Below are positions 23,201 to 35,200 of a stretch of 64,000 nt of DNA, one piece after another (position 1 is the first letter of the stretch; every line of letters starts with the position of its first letter). A program made the position numbers and the translations under genes. The stretch comes from Gekko japonicus. Its lineage: Eukaryota. A model generated the notes under the pieces. It made no database searches. It saw nothing but the letters and a program-made list of their open reading frames with translations, and was not told where the DNA came from. The DNA lies in contig NW_015160837.1 of the NCBI RefSeq assembly GCF_001447785.1, forward strand, positions 261,415 through 325,414. The letters run 5' to 3'.

Positions 23201-26200
23201 ACTAAAATGTCTAAACTTTCAAGTTGGTCTTTAAAATAATTTCTTTACCTAATGTACTGCCCTCATGAGGTAATGTTTAGAAAGCAGCCTTGCAGAACAT
23301 TTTTCCAGGGTGCTTATATCATCAATGTAAAACTGTGTATCTTGCTCTCACTTGATTTCTGCATTGATGGTGTTTGTATATGTTGTATCCATCTGCGTTC
23401 TAATTGATATATTAGGCACAGAAGTCTTTTCAGGTTCCCCAAAATTCCACGCACACCACAAACACTGCTTGTGTGTGAGAGAGAATTTATATAATAGTTG
23501 CTGCCTAGTTTGGGATGTTTCTTTTCAAGTTGACTTGTGCATATATAAAAGCACAAGCCAGTTTGAACCACAACATCCCACAAACCAGGAAGCAACCATT
23601 ATTCAAACTATGTGAATGGTTAACTGCAAGGCTGTACTAAAACATCTTAGTTCAGTAACACACATCAAAATGAAGCATAATTTACTTGGAGAAATTTTAG
23701 TGTTAAAGCAACAAAATTTGAAATGGTCCATGGCATACAAAATATTACTTGCCTTCATATGGTGTGTCCGGAGGTCCTGCTATTTCTCCTCTTAGTTCTG
23801 TAAAATTTTCATCTACAAGATCTACTTTAATCTGATTTTTGCTCGTCTTTAAAATAAAAACAGAAAAATTACAGTCAGATGCTAATATGTACTTGAACCT
23901 CTTTCCCCCCAAACTCAAAGAAGGCATTATAGCCAATTGCTACAACAACCAGTATATAGATTTACATAACAAGCTACATCACTTAATATGTAAAGATTCT
24001 GAAAATGAATTTATGCTGCCATTCAAGTAAACTCAGGAGAAGACACCTTGAGAATATCCATCTACAGACATATTTTTAATGCATTTGGGCACCAAACCCA
24101 CTCATTGAGTTTAAATCTCAATGAGTTTGAAGTAATCTGTATGCAGGACTTCAGTCCTGATTTTTACACTGACTACTTAAGATTACACACATACTTCCAT
24201 TATATCAGAAACACAAAAACAGACACTAACAAGGGTCCAATTAAAACTGGATGGTACATTTTCATTCAGAATAATAATTAACTTCAAAGCAATATATGAA
24301 ACTTCTAAACTTGTACACAATATTATTTTAAACCTCCATTCTAGACTAGTGCTTCTTTATTTAAATAACAAATTCCCCACCATAACTTAGTAGTGAAACA
24401 TCTATGTAATAATGGCAGGTACTACAGTATTGCTTTCTAACTATGCCCATGGTTACTTGTCAAAAAGAAAAAAGACAAGGTTCAGCCACATCCTCTCTCA
24501 TCTGACGTGCAGAGTTTCTATCTGAGTTCATGTATCACTTTCTTTTGGGGAGCAGATGAGCAAAGAAGAGAGCAAGGAAACAATAAAGAAAATAAGGTAA
24601 TGCACCTACGGCAACTAACATGTTGATAAAATGATGAGATCAAACACATACTTGTGTTTGAAGTATCCAGGTCTCCTATATAATGGGGCAATCACATGTA
24701 ATAGAAAGTTACTTTAGCAGTCTTTCCAAGCAAGCTGGCACTCTCAGGACTGAAAGAATAACCACAAGCTGTCACAAGAACCTTGGACCCAATATATTCT
24801 ACTTGTACTAACAGGGCTTTGGGAAAACTTGTAAGTAGGAGCAAAAAATATATGATCAGCGGTGGATGTTGAAGCACTGCACTAGCAGGAACTATCAGCA
24901 GTCACTGGAGAATAACTGGGGTGGGAGGAGAAAAATACTGTCCTTATGGGTACCAGGAGTCACAGCCAGCACCATGCAAGCTCCAGTTTAGGCACCGGCT
25001 GTTAACATCACCTGTAAAGAACCATCCACTTGCATGGCACTGGGTCTCTCTTGCTTCCCAACAATTATTGACTAGGACAGCCCTCGACTCCTGAATGGCA
25101 TGTGGTCATCACCAGAGGAACCGCCTCACCATCTACTTCTGCATGCAGTATCAGTACAGCCCTAGGTGTACAGTAGCATTTCCCTGTGCCTCCTTCCTAT
25201 CATATCATGTTGTCTATCCTAGCTATTTTCTTTTGGAACAAGTTGTACTGAACTAGAGGGACTTAACTTTGGATGGTGGGTTCTTAAGTTTCTCTGGCAG
25301 TCTCTACACTGTTGCAGTGCTGCATCTTCCTACACCGTGATAACATGAGAAGGCCCAGACCATGCAAGGGGAGCCCAAGCTATGGCCTTTTCCCCATGCC
25401 ACTCTTTGCTTTCCAGAAAATGGCTTAACCGTGTAGAAAAATAAATAATCCTTTGGCACTGTGTGTAGTATAGCCAAGAGATCCTAAGATTGTCTTGCAG
25501 CCTAACATTCTTTTTTTTTTTTTAAGTAGCGAGCTATAAGTGCAGGCTGTGGAAGGTCAGTAGTTCAGCAGTTCGAGACCCGGGTGCTGCATGATGGAGT
25601 GAGCTCCCATCTCTAGTTCCAGCTCCTGCCAACCTAGCAGTTCGAAAGCAAGAAATTGCAAGTAGATAAATAGGTACCACTTCGGTGGGAAGGTAACAGC
25701 GTTCCGTGTGCCTTGGTGTTTAGTCATGCCGGCCACATGACCACGGAAATGTCTTCAGACAGCGCTGGCTCTTTAACTTTGAAACGGAGAAGAGCACCGC
25801 AACCCTAGAGTCGGATTCGACTGGCTTTCGAGCAAGGGAACCTTTACCTTTTATACTTTTTTTTTTTGGGCTGAGAGAGCTCTGAAAGAGTTGTGACTGA
25901 CCCATGGTCACCCAGCTGGCTTCATGTGGAGGAGTGTGGAATGGAACACAGTTCTCCAGATTAGAGTCCGTCGCTCTTCACCACTACACCAAGCTGGCTC
26001 TCTAACAGTGTAGAGAGAAACTGCGACACGAGCTCTTTCCACATGGTCCAGGGGTTCTAATTCTACCTCTCACGCAACTACAGAAACATAAAAAACCAAG
26101 CCTGAGTAAAAAGGCCCAGGTCTGGACAGTGCATTAACAAAACAGAGACCACCAGGAGGGATGTAGTCCATATCCAAACTCTAGCTCTAAGTCTTATTCA

Positions 26201-29200
26201 TTCATTTTATCAGACTTGTATCCCGCCCTCCCCGCAAGCCAAAAGCAGCAAAGCAAAACCCATAGGATTTAAGTCTCCTTGTAAGAAAAGCACATGAAAG
26301 GGACTTAGAGGCAGTTTACACATCTTTCTACTTACATTAAACTGTGTGTGTGACGTACCATAAAGTCATTTCCAACTTATAGCAACCCTATAAATCAAGG
26401 ACCTCCAAAATGTCCTATGAACAGCATTACTCAGCTCTTGCAAACTGAGGGCTATGCCTTCCTTTACAGAGACAATCCATCTCATGTCGGGTCTTCATCT
26501 TTTCCTAGTATTTCTTAAAATATCAATTCTGGTACACTCACAGGCATACTTCCTTTTTTTTCTCCCAGTAGAAACCCAAAGTGGCTTGCAACAGTATTCC
26601 TTTCTCCATTTTATCTCACAACAACCCTGTGAGGTAGGTTGGCTGAGAGTGGATGTTGAAGTACTGCACTAGCCCAAGGTTATTTAGCAAAGCTTCCTTG
26701 GCAGAGTGGGGATTTGGTCTCCCAGATTTTACTCCAGCACTCTAACCACTTTACCACACTGGCTCTAATTTCCCCCCCTCTAGCTTAACGCATTATCTTA
26801 ATTCATAAGCAGACCCAAAATTTAAACTTTTGCTGCTTTCATAATGAAATTTAATGAGGGTCGTCCAGCCATTATAGAATGTATACACCTGAGCGCTTGG
26901 GGACATGTTGCTGTCTTGCCTCACACCCTGTCGGCTAGCATCTTTCTTGCCCACTCATTTTGACGAGGTGTCTGCCTAACTCAGCAAGCTTGTTTTTCAA
27001 GACATGCCAATCAAGTCTGACTTCCTTTAGACCAACTAGATGAGCTCATACCTATCTTATAAAGCAGTGGTGGTGCAAACAAGGGCCCAAGATGAGGGAA
27101 CTCCTTAGACAATCTGATCTCCACCTTCGAGCAGAAATACATATTGTGCTTTTGCTTCATACCCCATCGCCTCAGACATTTTACAGTCCTTAAAGATTTT
27201 TGCTCGAGTACGCGCTCCCTCAAGCATCTCCTTCTATGGAAAATTCTGTCCTTCCGGTACACTCAGACTTTCCTACTCCTGTCATAGCTCAGTTTCATGG
27301 AAAGTTAAATCTATCTTAAAATTTTAGTTGTATGCATCGTTCCAAGTGAGATATGCTTTTACAAAAGAGCTGACATTCTCAATGAATTCTCGATGACATT
27401 CACTGAACAGACAAAGAGCACAGGGAAGTTCCAGGATCAGGTAACAGATATAGAAATATTAGAGACAGTGATTATTACTAAATGGTGCCAGCTACATTAT
27501 AGAACTTGTGTGCTCATAAGCAGGTTGGGGGGAGGGGGTTGGGTTTTTTTACATTGTGTGCGTGTGTGTGTGTGTCCCCGTGCCTGGAAGTCATGGCGAC
27601 CTCTGGAAACTCCTGGGGCATGGAGGACCTTCAGAGAAGTGGCTTGATAGCCTGCCTCTACCTCCCGACCCTTGTATTCTCTGGAGGCCTCCCATCCAAA
27701 TGCTTGCCAGGGTCAGCCCTGCTTAGCTTCTGAGATTTGACGAGGTCAGGCTTCCCGGGGCTATCCAGGTCAGGGCAACAGCTGATATTCTCAAAAGGCT
27801 CATATGATGATGAATTTACACAGGACTCATGCTGAGAGCTCCAGATCCGTTAGTGAAGTTAACTCTTCTCACTTGATGGTACCCGCTAGCACAGATACAC
27901 ATTTGTGATGCCAGTCAGGACCCATCTGCAATACTTTTTTTACTTTGACACTAACGACTGTAAATTGACTGTATATCTGGACCATATACACTCACAATCA
28001 CAAACTGAATGTTGAATGGACACTGAAGATTACAATACAGAGCTACAAAGCTCCTGGTTGCTGTTAGTCAGATTATTCTTCAACAGATCACGCACCATGG
28101 CAGTTGGTTCACTTGCTTCACATGTTTGGTACCATCCATGAGTACCATTTTATAGTCCTCCCCCAGTCACACTTTGCCATACCTCAACCAGTGTTCCCTC
28201 TAAGCTGAGTTAGTGTGAGCTAGCTCACAGTTTTTTAGCCTCCAGCTCACATATTTTTGTCTTAGCTCATGAAGGAGGGCTCCAGAGTAACCTAATTTAT
28301 GCAGTAGCCAAGTTGCTCACTCACCACTTTGATGCCAGTCGCTCACAAAGTGGAATTTTTGCTCACAAGACTCCACGGCTTAGAGGGAACATTGACCTCA
28401 ACCCAGGGGCAGATTAACCATTAAGCCGACGAAACACGTGCTTAGGGCACCAGGGCCAAAGGGGGCACCACAAAGTTGGGAAAAGGGTGAAAAGCTTTGT
28501 TTGTACAGTATATCATGCTATCATATGAATAAATTTTTGTATTACTGCAACCTGCATTGTATATCTGGTCAGACAGGTCAACAGCTAAAATGGACTGGGT
28601 CAGTGTGGAAAGGAGGGGGGCACCAAGATTGGTCAGTGCTTAGGGCACCAGTGAGCCTTAATCTGCCCCTGCCTCAACTGATTCTTCCTTTGTCACAGAG
28701 TTGCCACCATCCTCTCAGTCGCATCACACCGTCTTTTTTCCTGAGTTGTGGGGTTTTTTTTCAACCACACAACCACTCCTGCCATGCAGCATCTTAATTC
28801 ACTCCTACTTCCTTCTTACAGCATGGTACAGTCTGGATATAGTAAAGTAATATATTTGTTGCAAAGTTAGCCTGCTAAGAGTGCAGTGGTACATGGAATA
28901 TGTTTAACTGGGAAAGAGACTTTCCCCCACGACAGTTTTGAATCTACACACCTAGCCAACAGACCAGAAAAATTCCACAGCTAGGATCTGCCACCATGGC
29001 CAGAAATACTCAACTGATGCCAAGAGGAAAAGCAACTACCTCCAATAACCTCACAAGAGTTCTGATGGGCAGCAAAGACTGAAGATCAATACAGAAAAGG
29101 GTGAAAATTAAACTGGAGATACCTTAATGAGCAACTTAAGATAGTTAATAAAGGGCTCTGATTCTGAAATGTTCACATACAGTTTCTCTCACTGTGATTT

Positions 29201-32200
29201 AAACTACCAGCAGTATTGTCAATAACTGTTAATAAGACTACATTTATGACATCCATTTGATTAAAAATAGTTACGCCTTTAAACAAAAAATCCACTGAAT
29301 GTATCGTATATTGATTGCACGTTATGTTCTTCAGAAAGCACCATGACTGAATTTCTGCAAGCATTTTATCCCTTAGATTACTTGCTTGGACAAAAAAGCA
29401 TGATGATTCCTCTCATCTAAAAGTACAGCTATATTTGAAAGCTTTCTAACAAGATGAAGGCCTCGTAAGACTTAAGGGGCTATCTTCTGCTCAAGCAAAT
29501 ATATTTTCTATAGATAACCAGCTGTCTTTTCCCTTTTGGCGCCTTGCCTGATGAACCAATTATTAAATCACAAAGTTGCAAGTTTGCTCCTCATACAAAC
29601 AGTTCCCCTTGGACAGCTATGGGAATGAAAGGTTTAATAAATCACTCTCTCCAAATTGATTACAGAAACACTAAAAACCACCACCATTATTGGCTAAAAA
29701 TCTGGATCCTGCCACACTTTTGATGGCCCCTCAATTGGTGTTGCCTGGCAGTATCACCACCAGAAGACTGAATATTTTCTAAGTGAGGAGAAGGGGGAAA
29801 GCAACACAGATTACAAATGCTGTATAACTTCAAGAAGGAGAAAAGAACACTGAATTTACTGTGAAGGGTCCTTCTGCTCTGAGGTCAGGAGAACATCTCA
29901 ACCATGGGTTAGCGGTAGGCCTTAGCATGAACTTCGTATCTCTGTCTCGTCAGAGTCTGCCCCAAGCCAGAGAAAAGACAACTGATTTTTGCATTAATAC
30001 GAAACACTGCAAATTACAACTCTGAAACTCTAAACACAGCTAAGCAGAGGAAAAACTCGACAGAGCAGAAAACACGGTTGCTCTGTAATGACTAGCTACC
30101 CATAGTAATTTTCCTCCCTTAATTTAGGATGGGGCAGATGCCCCTCTTCCCGCAGAATGGAAGGAACCTTCATGGTAAGTGCAATATTCCTTTTCTTACT
30201 AGCAGGCAGCAGAGGAATCCCAATAGATGTATTTCCCATTTCAGGCAAGAATGGCTGTCATATGTTGTTCAGACCACCTGTAGAATCATTTGACCAAAAG
30301 CTGCATCAGCCAATAGAGCATGTAGTTTACAATACTAAGGTTGAAGGTCATGAAGCTGCCCTGCAGATGTTTTTCTCCTGAAGCATTCAAGTTGGATGCT
30401 GCAGATGTAGCAATGCTACAAATAGAGTGGTCTGCAATTCCATGGGGAATAGGTTGTTTCTGTGTACTACAGGAATAAATGATACATTCTCTTAACCATC
30501 TGCTCAAGATAAGTTTGGAAAACTTCTTTAATCTCATAAGTGGATGATGGGATGGGATCAACTAACCAGGTTTTTAATGAAGATATCTACATAAATAAAT
30601 ACTTGGCTCTCTTTGGACATGTAGGTCAGGACTTCTTCTTGAGTTGACTCAGCTTTGGACAAAAGGATGGAAGATTGGTAAGAGGCACACTTCACAGAAA
30701 ACATCGTAGCCAATGCTGATACTTACCTCTACAGAATACTGGATCACAGCTTCTGATCCGGGCTAATCTGAAGAAACAGAAACATCTGTTGGATTGGGGC
30801 TTTCAATGGGTCTGGTTTCTTTCTTTTACACCAGCATGTATATGTTCTCCAGATGGTATCATGTATCCTGGATGCAGAGGACCTTCCAGAAACAGCATGA
30901 CCTGAAATACTTGTTCCATACAACCTAGATCTAATAGGTGTTTCTGTTCTGTTTCCAGATCATTACTAGCAGTCAAATGGAGTCTGGGTATAAAATTGGT
31001 CCTTAGGGTATCGTATCATGAATTCATCACTGACACCTACACAAGGCTAAAAAATGCCGGCTTGCAGTGCTAATGGGAAGGTATAAATATCAGTGATGCT
31101 TCCCCACCCCCCGCCCCAAGTTTCTTCATTAGCCTAGGAATCAGGGTTAAAAGTGGGGGGAAGTATACATAAGCTCAGGTGACAGTAGAGCATCCAGTTG
31201 TTCCATTGCCAGAGTCCAGAACCCTATCAAGAATCTTTTGATCTGATGATTCATGTCTGAAGAAAATATGTCTACACTTGGACTCCAAAACTGGTCATTA
31301 TTTCACGAAATATCATTTGTTTTAGAGCCTATTTCCATTTAGTTGTTGGCAACTGAGCCAAGCTTCTTGGATATTCTTGTATCTTTGTAGGCGTGCAGCA
31401 AAGACACAGTAGATAGCCCTCCTTTGCCCATGAGAAGAGATGCCTCTTTGTGTTTCAGCTTGGTCCCCTTTGTTAATATATGCTTTGGCTTTTATACAGT
31501 CTATCCTTACTATCACACAGGCATAGCAGGTGAAGGGGAAGAAATGACTGAGAGCTAGTACAATTGCTTTTAGTCTAACCAATTTAGATTACTGGCCTTG
31601 TGTCTCTTGCCCCAGATGTCTTGGGTGAAGACCCCCAAAGCAAAATGCTCTACAACCTTGGAAGCCAATTCTTGTGTTTTTTACAACTTCCACTTGGAGA
31701 GGTTGTATCTTCTCATCCATCACCAAAGACTCTATCAGAGGGGGTTCCAGAAATGTTGATCTGCAGGTTGCACTTCTCCATGACCCAGTACAGAGCCCAT
31801 CGCAATGTTCTTGAATGCAGTCTTGTCCATCGAACAGATCCACTTGAGTCCAGGAGGTGTGCTGACAACATGAAGTCAGCTGATTTTGATCTCACTGCCT
31901 GCACAGCTGACCTCATGATCTTTTGTTTGTTCCTCTCTCAGATGAAAAAAACCTGTTCTGAGCAGAATCTATTAGCACACTGAAATCGAGAATATTCAGT
32001 GAAAGGGTTGGCTGACTATCTTCTTCACTAAAAAAAACAAACCTGTTTTCTTTCAGGCACTGCAATGTTGTGGACACATCTCTCATTACTGGGCCTGCGG
32101 ACAATGGCTTCACCAGGAGATCATCCAACTATGGATGAATGTGTACCCCTCAGCTTTGGAGATCAACCACATGGTTTCACTCTGGAGAAAACTCTTGGTG

Positions 32201-35200
32201 CCATCACCAAATTGAACTGGGAATGGCTGATTAACTTAATAGGATGATGGTGGCACATGGAGATAAGACTTTACATCAATGCAAACCACTTAATTGTTCT
32301 GTCTCAGTGCTTCTACAATAGATCTATATCTAATCTAGAAGCATCTACACTTTACAGATTCTATACCCTACAGCAGTGGTGGCGAACCTATGGCACGGGT
32401 GCCAGAGGCGGCACTCAGAGCCCTCTCTGTGGGCACGCGTGCCATCGCCCCAGCCAGGCCCAGACCGTCATTAAAGTGTCGAATTCTCTGCCAAATAATT
32501 TTAAATCAATGGAAGCATTTGGGATTGCTTTCCTTACTTTGTTTGGATCATCTTAAGTTAGTGTATGAGTCGTTTTTTCTAAAGTAAAACCTCAGTATTC
32601 AGGTTAAATTGCCGTGTTGGCACTTTGCGATAAATAAGTGGGTTTTGGGTCGCAGTTTGGGCACTCGGTCTCTAAAAGGTTCGCCATCACTGCCCTACAG
32701 CGTTGTCGTAAGTCAGCTGTGACTTGATGGCACTTTCCACTACATTAATTTGTTGGAAGAGTGTTAGCAAATTCTATGAAGGAACATTTTGCAATTGCGT
32801 CCTTGACCAAGCCAGGAACTTGGGTTCGATTACATTTCTATTCTCAGTACTTGTTCCCTCTGGTACCTCTCTGGATAAATTCCTTGGTTCTGTCTGTCCT
32901 GGTTTGGCTTATTCTCTGTCTCAGTTCTAAGGCTAGGTAGGGAGTGTTGTGAGCAAAAGAGCTGAAAAGTATGGCCACGACCTTTGTTGTATTTAGTTTT
33001 TACCAGTATATCATTAAGACTGTCCCTGAACAACTTCTCTCTGAGAAAAGGGGATAAGGCCAGGTTCACCTTGGAGACAGCATTCACTATCCACGATTTA
33101 AGCCATCATTTGCGTTTGACTGGTATGACTGACGCCATGGCTCTAGACTCATCTAGGTTTGCATCTACCATAATGAGGCTTTGATTGACCATAAAACTCT
33201 CTCCCTGATGCTCGTGTTCCCTGCTGCTATTAGATGACCTTTAGCCATCCTTGGGGACTACTGTGCCTCAAACAAGAGTAGTTATAGGAATATTCATCAG
33301 AGGCATCTGTAAAAAAATCCATGGCATTATTAGGTAGGGTACAGAACCCTTATTTGAGTCTCAAAAGTTAATACCCTGGAAATCTTGTTGGTCTTTAAAG
33401 TACTAGTGGACTTGAATCTTGCTCTTCTGCTGTAGACCAACATGACTACACACCTGAAACTCATTTGGGGAGTGGGGCTGGCTAGTGTCACAGTACGCTT
33501 GTAGGAAACAGGCAGTTTCCAGTTCAAGAATTCAGAAAACTGGGAAACCCTCCCAGCACGTGTGTCTCTTGGGAACCAGCTCTTGTTCCTCCTGTGTGGT
33601 TCCGTCTTTGGGATCATTAAACACACCTGAAATCTCTAAAATTCTGAATGCTTTGGCCAAAATAGAAAGATCATCATGTGAAAAGGTATTTAAGTTGTTC
33701 AGTCTTTGTATCTTCTTCAGGAATTTCTGCATTCTCTGTCTGAGAAGTTATCTGAAATCTTGGATTCATCAATTAGCAGTCCTCATCCTGAGCTGCCCTA
33801 AGGCCCATATCTCTATGTTTAGCACAGATTTTTGTGCTTCCTTCATTGGCTAGGCTTTCCCAAGGTTTCTTTCAGTACAGATGCGCTTGTGGTGGTCTGG
33901 GCAGCCTTGCAGGCATATGTAGGGTTGTTTTGCCTTTGCCTGTTATTTCCCCGCCTGATTTTTGTGAAGGGGGGGGGAAGAGAGAGAGAATTTTTGCCTA
34001 AGGCATTTATGCCTCTGGTGACTAGTTGTGCTTCAGTCAACTGGAGACTAATTAGTTCTTTAGACTAATTAGCTCAGCCATTCCACAAATTCTAGAGAAA
34101 CATGAGTATATGACTGGAGGACCCCCTAATTCAGCATTTCTGCCCTCTACTGCCCTACAGCACTTCCGGGGAGGAAGATGGCTGGTCCTGTGCAGCAACA
34201 CTGACAAACGGACCTGTATTGTGCTCCTCTTCAAAGCAGCAATTTCCCCCGCCAAATATTCAAATGTTAACCTATAAACCTCTATTTCGATGGTACCTGA
34301 CCCCACATCAGCTGCATGGCATCAACCCCGCGATCCCTGACAGATGTTGGAAAAACTGTGGCGGCCGGGGCACCTATATTCATTGTTGGTGGGAGTGTCC
34401 CAAGGTCCGGGCCTTCTGGAGAGAAGTTAACGCCCAAATATTTCTAATTACAGGTTGCACCCTCCAACTGCAACCCTCCTTGTTCCTCCTGAATTATTGG
34501 AGCCATCCCGCCCCCAATGGGCTTATGAAAGAGCTAATAGAATTATGTCTTGCGGCTGCTAGGAATGTTATAGCATTTCTTTGGAAATCTAAGAAGACGC
34601 TGCTACTGAGAGATTGGTATCTGAAGTTGTGGGACGTTTTTCTACAGGACAAAGTTTCCACTAGTATCCTTCGATCTGAAAATCAACCTGTCCCTGACAA
34701 CCTCCAAGAAAAATGGATGCCCCTCTTAGAAGCGTCAGCAGCACATAAAATCGACACTTCCGTGTTTGCTCTGCATAAACATCAGGATTTGCTTTCCTAT
34801 TTTTAACTGTTCTTTTAAATTTTAAGTAAATAATTTTTTTTTAAAAATTCCCCCCCGCCAAAATTACTTCCCTTCTCAACTCCCTGCCAACACTAAACCT
34901 CTGAGATCAGCCTTCCCCAGGAATCATTCCCTGCCCAAGACTCAGAAAGGCCATGCACATCAATCCTGTCATGCAAGGAGTCTCCTTTGCTGTTAGGTTT
35001 TGGGGAGGTTTGACTGTGTTTCATCCTTGGAGGACATACAGCCATCCTTCCCAAGGATCTGCACTTCCATAGCCTTGGTAAGCTGACAGGCAAGATCAGG
35101 GAAATAAAAAGGGGAGCTGGTGGGGATCAAAACTGAGGAGAGAAAATAAGCAAGTTTTAAGATACTGGACTGGTAACAGTACAAAACGATGAGGTCTCAA

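Noticed and set aside
27804-27836. C/D box snoRNA-like ATGATGA..CTGA
   Set aside because: Antisense to the host gene, too short, and no terminal stem.
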